In this document: piece after piece, positions 26,160 through 36,300 of the stretch
Layout: each line of letters opens with the position of its first letter
Position numbering within the stretch: position 1 is the stretch's first letter
DNA from: Patescibacteria group bacterium
Lineage (GTDB): Bacteria; Patescibacteriota; Minisyncoccia; Phycocordibacterales; PALSA-1337
Length of the DNA stretch: 64,000 nucleotides
Assembly (NCBI GenBank): GCA_038061795.1
Contig: JBBTYL010000003.1
Coordinates: forward strand, 128,041-192,040
Direction: 5' to 3'
Made by a program: the position numbers and the translations under genes
The notes under the pieces: generated by a model
What the model was told of the DNA's origin: nothing
Databases searched by the model: none
The model's input: only the letters and a program-made list of their open reading frames with translations

Positions 26160-27884
26160 GTGAAAAAGGAATTTCGCTTAAAGGGAAGTGAAAAATTGCT
26201 TGGCATGATTCGTGCTTTTTCTGCGACAGAAAGGGCGGTTTTCGGCCTACTGACTTTCGTCGCCCTAATCAGCGCCCTCGTAATGGCCTGGAAAGTGAAT
26301 AAGTCTTTCCTAGTCCAGATGCCATCGCACGGAGGATCTTTCAGCGAGGGCGTCATAGGACTGCCGCGCTCAATCAACCCCGTCCTTGCCTTTACCGATG
26401 TCGACAAAGACCTTTCAACGCTTATCTATTCCGGACTTATGAAATACGAGAATGGTAAGCTCGTTGGTGATCTTGCAAAAAGCTACGCCGTATCGAAGGA
26501 TGGCCTCTCTTATTCTTTTGTCTTGAATGACGACTTGAAATTCCATGACGGCGCTCCGCTGACGACGGACGACATAGAGTTTACAGTGCAGAGAGTTCAG
26601 GATGATGCTCTCAAAAGCCCGAAACGCGTCGATTGGGCGAGCGTAACCGTAAAGAAAATCAGTTCAACGGAAATCGAATTCATCCTGAAGCAGCCGTATG
26701 CGCCTTTCCTTTCAAATACGACTCTGGGCATAATTCCGAAGCATATTTGGAAAAATGTCTATGCTGACCAATTCATCTTTAGCCAATACAACATCGAGCC
26801 GATCGGTTCAGGCCCTTATGAAGTGAATTCTATCGAGCGCGACAGCGGAGGAATCCCTCAATACTACATTTTAAATACGTTCAGCAGATACCACAACGAA
26901 AAGCCTTACATTTCCCGTGTAAACGTTTATTTCTATCCGAACGAAGCAGCTGCGCTTGATGCCTATAATGCCGGAATCATAGATAATCTTGCCGGAGTTT
27001 CTCCACAGGAAGCCACAAAAATAGCTTCTTCATCGGCTTCTGGCAGCAACATTTCCCATACCCCTCTTCCTAGAATCTTCGGGGTCTTTTTCAATCAAAA
27101 TAGCTCGCTAGTGTTGGCAAACAAAGAAGTCCGACAGGCTCTTGACATGGCACTCGATAAGGAAAGAATAATCCAGCAGGTGCTTTACGGGTACGGAGTC
27201 AGCATTGACAGCCCGATACCCTTCGGAACGCTGCAAGGAACTTCATCGCCAAAGACTGGTGACAAGGACGCGGCAAGAGCTCTATTATCAAAAGCCGGAT
27301 GGCTGACCAATGTCGATGGTGTTTTGGAGAAAAAAACGAAAACATCAGCTCAGACTCTCGAATTTTCAATCGCAACTACCGATGCGCCAGATCTCAAGAA
27401 AACCGCAGAAATCATCAAGGAAGAATGGGAGCAGCTCGGCGCTCGGATAACGATAAAGGTCTTCGAATACGGCGACCTTTCGCAGAACATCATCAAGACA
27501 AGAAAATACGATGCGCTGCTATTCGGAGAAGTCGTCGGCAAGGACCTCGACCTCTATGCATTCTGGCACTCTTCGCAACGCAATGCGCCTGGACTCAACC
27601 TCTCAATGTACGTGAACAGCAAAGCAGACAAAATGCTCGAAGATGCGAGAATCACTTCAGATGAGAAAACAAGGAATGCCACGTACAAATCATTCGAGAA
27701 GATTATACAAGATGAGGTGCCGGCAGTCTTCCTTTATTCTCCGGAGTATGTGTACGTAACATCAGGCGGAATCAAGGGAATCGATCTCAAATCAATAACC
27801 AGCGCTTCCGATAGATGGTACGGCATCGACAAATGGTATATAGAGACGGACAACGTATGGAAGATTTTCTTAAAAAATAACTAG
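26160..27884 (+). CDS. ABC-transporter family-5 substrate-binding protein (OppA/DppA/NikA-like), membrane-anchored
   Basis: 574 aa with an N-terminal anchor and SBP_bac_5-type colinearity. The ORF starts at GTG; an alternative start is ATG 26205. There are no adjacent permease or ATPase genes. Confidence 0.8.
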   Translation: MKKEFRLKGSEKLLGMIRAFSATERAVFGLLTFVALISALVMAWKVNKSFLVQMPSHGGSFSEGVIGLPRSINPVLAFTDVDKDLSTLIYSGLMKYENGKLVGDLAKSYAVSKDGLSYSFVLNDDLKFHDGAPLTTDDIEFTVQRVQDDALKSPKRVDWASVTVKKISSTEIEFILKQPYAPFLSNTTLGIIPKHIWKNVYADQFIFSQYNIEPIGSGPYEVNSIERDSGGIPQYYILNTFSRYHNEKPYISRVNVYFYPNEAAALDAYNAGIIDNLAGVSPQEATKIASSSASGSNISHTPLPRIFGVFFNQNSSLVLANKEVRQALDMALDKERIIQQVLYGYGVSIDSPIPFGTLQGTSSPKTGDKDAARALLSKAGWLTNVDGVLEKKTKTSAQTLEFSIATTDAPDLKKTAEIIKEEWEQLGARITIKVFEYGDLSQNIIKTRKYDALLFGEVVGKDLDLYAFWHSSQRNAPGLNLSMYVNSKADKMLEDARITSDEKTRNATYKSFEKIIQDEVPAVFLYSPEYVYVTSGGIKGIDLKSITSASDRWYGIDKWYIETDNVWKIFLKNN

Positions 27885-27894
27885 AAATAAAAAA

Positions 27895-29742
27895 ATGGAA
27901 AACAAAATCGCAAATTCAGCACCGAAAACAGCGCCTGCATTTTCAAGGCCTTCAAGCAGGGGTCCGCGAAAAACCATGGGCAGGTCGCACGGAATGCGTC
28001 CGTCTCGGCCGCCGGATGCAACGCAGACGCATAAGAAAGTCGAGGATACCGTCCCTCCGTTAGCTCCTGATTCTATCAGGATTATTCCGCTGGGAGGAGT
28101 CGAGGAAATCGGAAAAAACATGACAATGGTCGAGTACGGAAACGACATCGTCATCATCGACATCGGCTTTCAATTTAAGGATGAAAACACCCCAGGAATC
28201 GACTACATACTTCCTAACACGAAATATCTTGAAGAAAGGAAGGACCGCATCCGCGCAGTCATCATCACCCACGGCCACCTAGACCATATCGGTGGCATTC
28301 CCTACGTCATGCCGCGCATCGGCAATCCGCCACTCTATACCAGGATGCTTACGGCCGTCATGATCAAAAAGCGCCAAGAAGAATTCACCCATGTCCCGCC
28401 ACTTGACATCAAAGTCGTTGAAAAAGACGAAACGATCACGCTTGGCTCGCTAAAGGTGAAATTCTTCGCTGTGACCCACACGATTCCTGATGCCATGGGA
28501 GTAGTCATCGTGACTCCTCATGGATCAATCGTCCACACTGGAGACCTCAAGCTCGACCACGTAGACGGAATCCCTACCGATGATGAAGAAGCCGAATTCG
28601 ATCGCGTATTCAAGAATGAGAAAGTCCTCCTCCTTATGGCAGACTCTACGAACGTGGAAAATCCCGGTTTCTCTTTGCCTGAAAAGACCGTCCACAAGAA
28701 CATCGAGGAAATCATAAAGAACACTAAGGGGCGCCTCATCATCGCGACTTTCGCTTCGCTTTTGGAGCGAATGCTCAAGATAATAGATTACGCAGAAAAA
28801 TACGGCAAGAAAGTCGTCGTTGAGGGCCGAAGCATGAAAGGCAATATCGAGATATGTCGCAATCTCGGGCTTCTCAAGCCCAAGAAGGATACTCTCATCA
28901 CTGTCGAGCAGATAGAGAGCTATCCGCCAGACAAGATCGTCATCCTGGCCACAGGAGCCCAGGGCGATGAATTCGCAGCCATGATGCGAATGTCCAACAA
29001 GACGCATAAATACATCAAGATAAGCAAGCGGGACACGATTCTCCTATCATCCTCTATCGTTCCCGGAAATGAGCGGGCGGTCCAGAAGCTCAAGGACAAC
29101 CTTTCAAGGCAAGGCGCGCATATCATTCACTACAAGATCGCTGATGTCCACTCTTCAGGGCACGCAAACCATGATGAAACTGCCTGGATACACAGGAAAA
29201 TCAGACCTAAGTTCTTCGTGCCTGTACATGGATACCATTACATGCTTCGAGTGCATGGGGAGATTGCGCATGAAACGAACGGCCTTACTGAAGACCAGAT
29301 CATCATCCCGGACAACGGATCAATCATAGAAATCCAGGGCTCTGGCTCAAAAATCGTAAAAATCAAAGAGAAGGCGCCTTCGGGAATTGTCATGGTCGAT
29401 GGATTCTCAGTCGGAGATATCCAGGATGTGGTCATCCGCGACCGCCAAATGCTTGCTCAAGATGGAATATTCATCGTCTTTGCCATCATAAACGCGCAGA
29501 CGGGCAGGCTCAAGAAATCTCCAGATATCATTTCTCGAGGATTCGTCTATCTTCGAGAATCACAGGAACTTCTGCACCACGCTCGAATCATAATAAAAAA
29601 TACGATAGAAGAATCGACAAAAGGCATGAATCCGATCAACGTCGAGTATGTGAAAACAAACATTACCGATAACGTCAGCAAATTCCTCCTGCAAAAAACT
29701 GCAAAGCGACCCATTGTCATTCCCGTATTGCTGACGATATAG
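27895..29742 (+). CDS. rnj: ribonuclease J
   Basis: 615 aa with an MBL/beta-CASP fold, the HGHLDHIGG motif and a C-terminal RNase J domain. A basic Pro/Arg-rich N-terminal extension precedes the fold. Confidence 0.9.
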   Translation: MENKIANSAPKTAPAFSRPSSRGPRKTMGRSHGMRPSRPPDATQTHKKVEDTVPPLAPDSIRIIPLGGVEEIGKNMTMVEYGNDIVIIDIGFQFKDENTPGIDYILPNTKYLEERKDRIRAVIITHGHLDHIGGIPYVMPRIGNPPLYTRMLTAVMIKKRQEEFTHVPPLDIKVVEKDETITLGSLKVKFFAVTHTIPDAMGVVIVTPHGSIVHTGDLKLDHVDGIPTDDEEAEFDRVFKNEKVLLLMADSTNVENPGFSLPEKTVHKNIEEIIKNTKGRLIIATFASLLERMLKIIDYAEKYGKKVVVEGRSMKGNIEICRNLGLLKPKKDTLITVEQIESYPPDKIVILATGAQGDEFAAMMRMSNKTHKYIKISKRDTILLSSSIVPGNERAVQKLKDNLSRQGAHIIHYKIADVHSSGHANHDETAWIHRKIRPKFFVPVHGYHYMLRVHGEIAHETNGLTEDQIIIPDNGSIIEIQGSGSKIVKIKEKAPSGIVMVDGFSVGDIQDVVIRDRQMLAQDGIFIVFAIINAQTGRLKKSPDIISRGFVYLRESQELLHHARIIIKNTIEESTKGMNPINVEYVKTNITDNVSKFLLQKTAKRPIVIPVLLTI

Positions 29743-29769
29743 TCTGTCAATGCTATAATAGCTGATGTC

Positions 29770-30942
29770 ATGAGGCATCATCCTTACATAAGAAAAACGA
29801 CTGCGCTCTACACGATCGGCGTAGTTGGTTTTTTTTCCGCGCTTCATGCCAGCCTGCCAACCTATTTCAATTCAAGCTTCCTGGGATCTTTCACCGACGA
29901 AAGAACCGTCAGTCTCATCTATCTTATTATCTCGCTTGTTACCATCGTAGGGTTCCTTTCGATGCACAGCATTCTGCAGAAATTGGGAAATCTGAGAACC
30001 TCCCTGCTCCTGATCATCTTGCAGATCGGCATCTTCTACGGCCTGATAACCGCGACATCATTCAGCGTCATAGCCCCTCTTTTCATCCTTGGTATGAGCG
30101 TAGTCAGCCTTATCGCGCTGACCATAGACATATTCCTCCAAAGAAGCACTGACATCGGGCATACTGGGAGCGTGCGCGGAATTTTCATGACCGTCATAAA
30201 CACCGCTTGGATACTAGGCCCGCTTATCGGAGGAATGCTAATCATTGAAAACGACTACAAGGGCGTATATATGGCAAGCTTCGCCATACTTTTCCCATTG
30301 CTTTACCTCGTCTACAAGAATTTCAATAACTTCAAGGATTCCAATTATGTCAATTTTTCAGCTTTGCAGACGATTTCAAGAATCATCAAGAACAGAGACA
30401 TCAATAGCATATTCATAGTCAATATCGTCCTGCAGACATTCTATGCCTGGATGACGGTTTACACCCCAATCTATCTGCACAACACCATCGGATTCGACTG
30501 GAGGGAAATCAGCATCATCTTCACCATCATGCTCATACCTTTCGTGCTCGTTGATGCGCCCCTCGGCAAGCTTGCAGATAAGAAGTGGGGTGAAAAAGAA
30601 ATGCTGGCAATAGGATTCGTCATCATGGGAATATCGACTGGAGCGCTAGTTTTTTTCGGCACAAAGAGCCTCATCGCATGGACTGTCATGCTTTTCCTGA
30701 CTCGCATCGGCGCGGCCATTGCCGAGGTCATGATCGAAACATATTTCTTCAAGAAAGTCGACGGCAAGGACCCTGAGGTGTTGAGCATGTTCCGAACGAC
30801 CCGCCCTCTTTCGTTCTTCATAGCTCCTGTCATAACTACCATAGGGCTCGTATATACGAGCGAGCGCTACCTTTTTATAGTTCTCGGAATGATTTGCCTT
30901 CTGACTCTTTTTCCTATCTTAAAAATGAAAGATACGAATTAG
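29770..30942 (+). CDS. MFS transporter
   Basis: 390 aa with about 12 TM helices. An extended -10 TGCTATAAT lies 10 nt upstream of the ATG. Confidence 0.78.
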   Translation: MRHHPYIRKTTALYTIGVVGFFSALHASLPTYFNSSFLGSFTDERTVSLIYLIISLVTIVGFLSMHSILQKLGNLRTSLLLIILQIGIFYGLITATSFSVIAPLFILGMSVVSLIALTIDIFLQRSTDIGHTGSVRGIFMTVINTAWILGPLIGGMLIIENDYKGVYMASFAILFPLLYLVYKNFNNFKDSNYVNFSALQTISRIIKNRDINSIFIVNIVLQTFYAWMTVYTPIYLHNTIGFDWREISIIFTIMLIPFVLVDAPLGKLADKKWGEKEMLAIGFVIMGISTGALVFFGTKSLIAWTVMLFLTRIGAAIAEVMIETYFFKKVDGKDPEVLSMFRTTRPLSFFIAPVITTIGLVYTSERYLFIVLGMICLLTLFPILKMKDTN

Positions 30943-30948
30943 ATTTGA

Positions 30949-31716
30949 TTAGATTTTCCTTGCTTCAAGCATGAGAAACATGGGAATCTCCTTTCGGATC
31001 CTGTTTTCTTCAGTAGCCCGAGGTCCAGGGTTGCTCTCCTTATGCGAAACCCATTCTTCGAGTCTAGTTACAGCAAAACCAGCCCTAGTAAGGGCTTTAA
31101 AATATACCTGAAGCGGCCTATGGAAGGAGACTGTGAATTTCTTTTCGCCCTCGTTCTGAGCGCCTGGATTCATTTCTATCTTGTTTTTCGTATCTGACAT
31201 ATACGCATCGATGCGGCGGTATTGCTGGTGGCTTTTGCCATCCCAATCCCAGCTCGAATTTTTCGGGATACGAAAAGCGGGATGGTTGAGGACGATATAA
31301 AAAGTTCCGCTTGGCTTGAGTGCACGGTACGCCTCCTTAACCGCGCCTTGAAGATTTTCAATATTTTGTAGCGCGAGAACGATCAAAGCCTTATCGAATG
31401 AACCGTCCTGCGCGAACGTAAGCGCGTCAGCAGGTGCGATCTCAAACGAAATCGATTTTGGCGAATGAATTCGGGCAATTCCGATAAGTTCCTTCGCAAT
31501 ATCAGCTCCAGTTACCTGTGCCCCGGCTTCATTGAGAAATCTTGAGAAATAACCCTGCCCACACGCAATATCGAGTATTTTTTCGCCTTTTTGTGGGTTT
31601 ATGAGCCTTTTCAAGTTCGGAAGTATGACCTCCTGCTGATACGTACCATCCTTATTCTCGAGCAATTCATCGTACCAGCCAGCCACGTTGCCCCATGAGG
31701 TGTCTTTTTTGTCCAT
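30949..31716 (-). CDS. class I SAM-dependent methyltransferase
   Basis: Motif I ILDIACGQG, with Methyltransf_11-like LKPSGTFYIVL. The start at MDKKDTSWG (31716) is supported by a TATACT 7 nt upstream. Confidence 0.8.
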   Translation of the reverse strand: MDKKDTSWGNVAGWYDELLENKDGTYQQEVILPNLKRLINPQKGEKILDIACGQGYFSRFLNEAGAQVTGADIAKELIGIARIHSPKSISFEIAPADALTFAQDGSFDKALIVLALQNIENLQGAVKEAYRALKPSGTFYIVLNHPAFRIPKNSSWDWDGKSHQQYRRIDAYMSDTKNKIEMNPGAQNEGEKKFTVSFHRPLQVYFKALTRAGFAVTRLEEWVSHKESNPGPRATEENRIRKEIPMFLMLEARKI

Positions 31717-31764
31717 ATGTTTAAGTATACACAAAGTTGATATACTTACGAAACATCTTAATAA

Positions 31765-33072
<1,308 letters not shown>

Positions 33073-33155
33073 ACTACCACAGCAGGTTGTCCACACATAA
33101 TCGCTACTTATAAACAAGTTGTGAACAGTATTTCCCCTTTTCCGATGCTTTTTCT

Positions 33156-33183
33156 ATTGACTTAGAAAATCATGGGAATATAC
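33156..33183 (+). promoter_or_regulatory. sigma70-type promoter inside the eno 3' intergenic region
   Basis: TTGACT (33156-33161), a 16-nt spacer, then TATACT (33178-33183). Confidence 0.5.
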
Positions 33184-33189
33184 TTAAAA

Positions 33190-33372
33190 GTGAGTCTACC
33201 CTCTCCAAGGAGAAGATCCTTAAATTTAACAAAAGGAGTCCGCAGTATAGTGGCTTCGGCCGCATAAAGGACACCGCCTTATAGTTATGGTATCTCTCTC
33301 CTTCATCAGAGTAGGCTACCCCAAAAGAAAACAGCCTCGCATGTCTGACATGCAGTGGGCTGTTTTCTTTTT
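33190..33372 (+). ncRNA. candidate ~180-nt structured small RNA, identity unknown
   Basis: The unit has its own promoter and ends in the terminator hairpin. Long-range pairings are GUCUAC/GUAGGC and AAGGAGAAGAUCC/GGUAUCUCUCUCCUU, and a UUCG-capped hairpin (GUGGC-UUCG-GCCGC) is present. No ORF is evident. Confidence 0.3.
33322..33371. terminator. bidirectional rho-independent terminator
   Basis: GAAAACAGCC..GCATG-TCTGA-CATGC..GGCTGTTTTC extended hairpin flanked by an A-run and a T-run. It sits between convergent units: eno plus the candidate sRNA on the plus strand, and the 1595-aa gene on the minus strand. Confidence 0.75.
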
Positions 33373-33395
33373 CCTATTATATCAACTGTACGACT

Positions 33396-36300
33396 TTAGT
33401 ATTCGTAAGCTCCCACATCCCATACTCCATCCGCTCCACGAGTAGCTCCCACTGGATCCTTCTCGAAGGTAGTGACTGGACCAAGGACTGTAGTCACGTT
33501 CGGAACGGACACTCCAGCTATCGGAGCCGCAAGCTTGAATGTTCCTGATGCGAACGGATTGCTTGATGCAGTCACGTTATTGCTTGAGTTGGTTGGAAGA
33601 TATCCTATGCCTCCGCCCGCAACATTGTAGACTAAGTTGTTCCTAACTACGCTGTCAGATGACCAGAACACCGTGGTATCACCGCGCGTGATGGCTGCCC
33701 ACGCGTTGGTTATGGTGTTGTTATAGACATAGAACGGACCATGGGTGACATTTCCTGAGTATGAACGAAGCTCTAAGAATCGATGCGTGCTTCCGTTCTT
33801 TCCTCCATATCCGTCATGGAAGACGTTGCCGTAGACATACCAGTTCCTGCTCGTGCTTCCCCATGGGTACAATCCTTCAACCTGCCAGTTGTATACGTCG
33901 TTATTCCTGAAGACAATACCGTTGCTTCCATTAACGATCATGAGATTTCCGTGCCAAGTAGCTGAGTTTGCGGCACCGTTGTCGTAAACCTTATTGTTCT
34001 CGATAAGAACATTGTTTGCACCAGCGAACCAGAATTCATTTGGATGGCCGCGGACTCGGCTATTTCGCACGGTAATATTGTTAGTGCTATGGCTTGGATA
34101 TCCGTAACCGATATTTACTCCGCTATTATCTCCATTGAATGTTGCGAGCGCGCTGCCTATAGATGTTCCTTCGAGGCTGTTTGCCGCGCTTGGACCGACG
34201 AGGTCGACATGGTCAACAGTGACATAATGTCCGTTCGTAGCGTCGTATGATGATGGCACTCCGCTACTATTTGAAGAGATAAATCTCATACCCATATCAA
34301 CTCTTCCATCGATATACACATATGATACTGGTGTTGACAATGAGCCGAATGTGGCTCGCGAATCAAGAGCCGCGATCCATCCGGATCCTGTCGCTACAGA
34401 ATCGCTCGAAAGGATTCGCTTGATGTATATAAGATTTGCAGCAGTACCGCTCTTTCCTACATTCAAGCCAGAATAGCTACCTCCCGCAACCCAAATCGTA
34501 TCACCTGGTTGGATACTGCTCCAGACGATATTGTTTGTATTCTTCCATGCGCTTGACCATGATGTACCGTTTCCTGAAGTTCCAACTGAGGCATTTAGAT
34601 ACCAGTTATTGCCAGTGCCTGTAGGCTCAGCATTAAACGTCGCTGTAACTGTTCCTGCTGAAGTCAATGCACATGAGTTGACTGTACATGAACCTGCTGA
34701 TGTAGGAGATGCTGTCAGACCAGCAAGAGTTGAACCTGAAGCAGCTGTTGCTGAAACAAGAACTGTTGATCCTGAATTCGTACTGCATGATGCAGGGCTG
34801 CATGTAACCGTTCCTGAACCAGTTCCTGCCTTTGCCGTAGTGACAGTAAAGGTTGTTGTTGGATCGGACACGATGACATTGAATGCCGCATTGACTGTCG
34901 TATTTGAATTGAGTGTAAATGAACATGACTGAGATGTTCCTGTACATGCTCCTGACCAGCCAGCGAATGAATGAGTATAGACTGAGCCTCCAGAAGTAGT
35001 CTGTGGGGCAGGTGTCGCTGTCAAAATAATAGTCTGTCCCACATTTCCACTTGCTGCACATGAGGTACCGCAATTTATTGAAGATGAGGTAACTGTTCCA
35101 GATCCAGCACCTGACTTCGTAATAGTATACGAAGCTTGCACTGGAGGCGTATATGCATCAAGACCATCTTGACCTACCCATCCGTCAACTCCAGAGTTGA
35201 AATCAATATTCCACCATTGATATGACGTACCACTTAATGTCGCTGTAACTGGACCTGCTACAGTGGTTCCAGGCACAGCTGTTGATTGTGTATCAAGAAG
35301 CGTTCCTGCGGCTGTCTGACGGACATTTACTATTGCATTCGGTATGACTGATTGAGGAATTGTGAACTTCGCTGCTACAAGAGTGATTGTGACTGAAGCG
35401 CTTCGTGAAAGCGAGACATTGCCTGCTAGGTCCTTCGCCCACGCATAGAGTGTCTTCGATCCTGCTGTTGCAAAAGTATAAGACGTTGGTGCTGAGAGGG
35501 TCCAACCAGAAACAGTTGCGGAAGGGGCTGTTGCTGATTCAGTAATCAAATAACCTGTCACACCAAAATTATCACTCGCGACAACCGAAGTCGTCACTGT
35601 AAGTGAAGATGAGGTAGAAGGAATTGTGAATGCAGTAACTGTAGGCTTTGTAGTATCGTTTGTTACAGGAATCGTGTTGAACGTCGCCGTAACTGTTCCA
35701 GCCGAAGTGAGCGTACATGCTCCTGTTCCAGTACATGCTCCTGACCAGCCTACGAAGGTCGAGCCTGAAGCTGGAACTGCTGTAACTGATACTGTTGAAC
35801 CTATGTTTGCAGTACATGATGTTGGAGCACATGTGACTGTTCCTGAGCCATTGCCAGCCTTTGCCGTAGTGACAGTGAAGGTAACTGGGTTAACAATGAC
35901 AGCTGTAAATGTGGCTGTGACCGTTCCAGCCGAAGTTACCGTACAAGCTCCTGTTCCCATACATGCTCCCGACCATCCTGTGAATGTTGAGCCTGATGCT
36001 GGTGTTGCAGTTACAGATACTGATGAACCTACAGAAGCGCTACATGAACTTGGGCTACATGAAACCGTTCCTGAGCCAGTTCCTGCCTTTGCCGTAGTGA
36101 CAGTAAAGGTTGTCGCTGCTGAATAAAGCTTCAAAGTTCCCTGTCCAGAATAGCCGTCAACCGTAGTTCCATCGTAATCAATTTTCCACCAATAGAAACC
36201 GTCTGTAGGATTTTGAATTCCACCTCCTACTATTGTTCCGATAGAACCAAGCGCTCTAGTTCCAACTAAAGTTCCACTTAATGAGGCAATCGTTCGGACA

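Noticed and set aside
33190-33372. Assigning the candidate sRNA to SRP RNA, tmRNA or a riboswitch
   Set aside because: No GGAAGCAGCC-type SRP domain IV motif, no tRNA-like tmRNA ends and no downstream gene on the same strand. A 6S-like identity remains only a loose possibility.
34630-36112. Repeat modules as a diversity-generating retroelement template/variable repeat pair
   Set aside because: Comparing modules 1 and 2 by eye shows substitutions of all types, not adenine-specific ones. No reverse transcriptase or accessory gene is present in the window.
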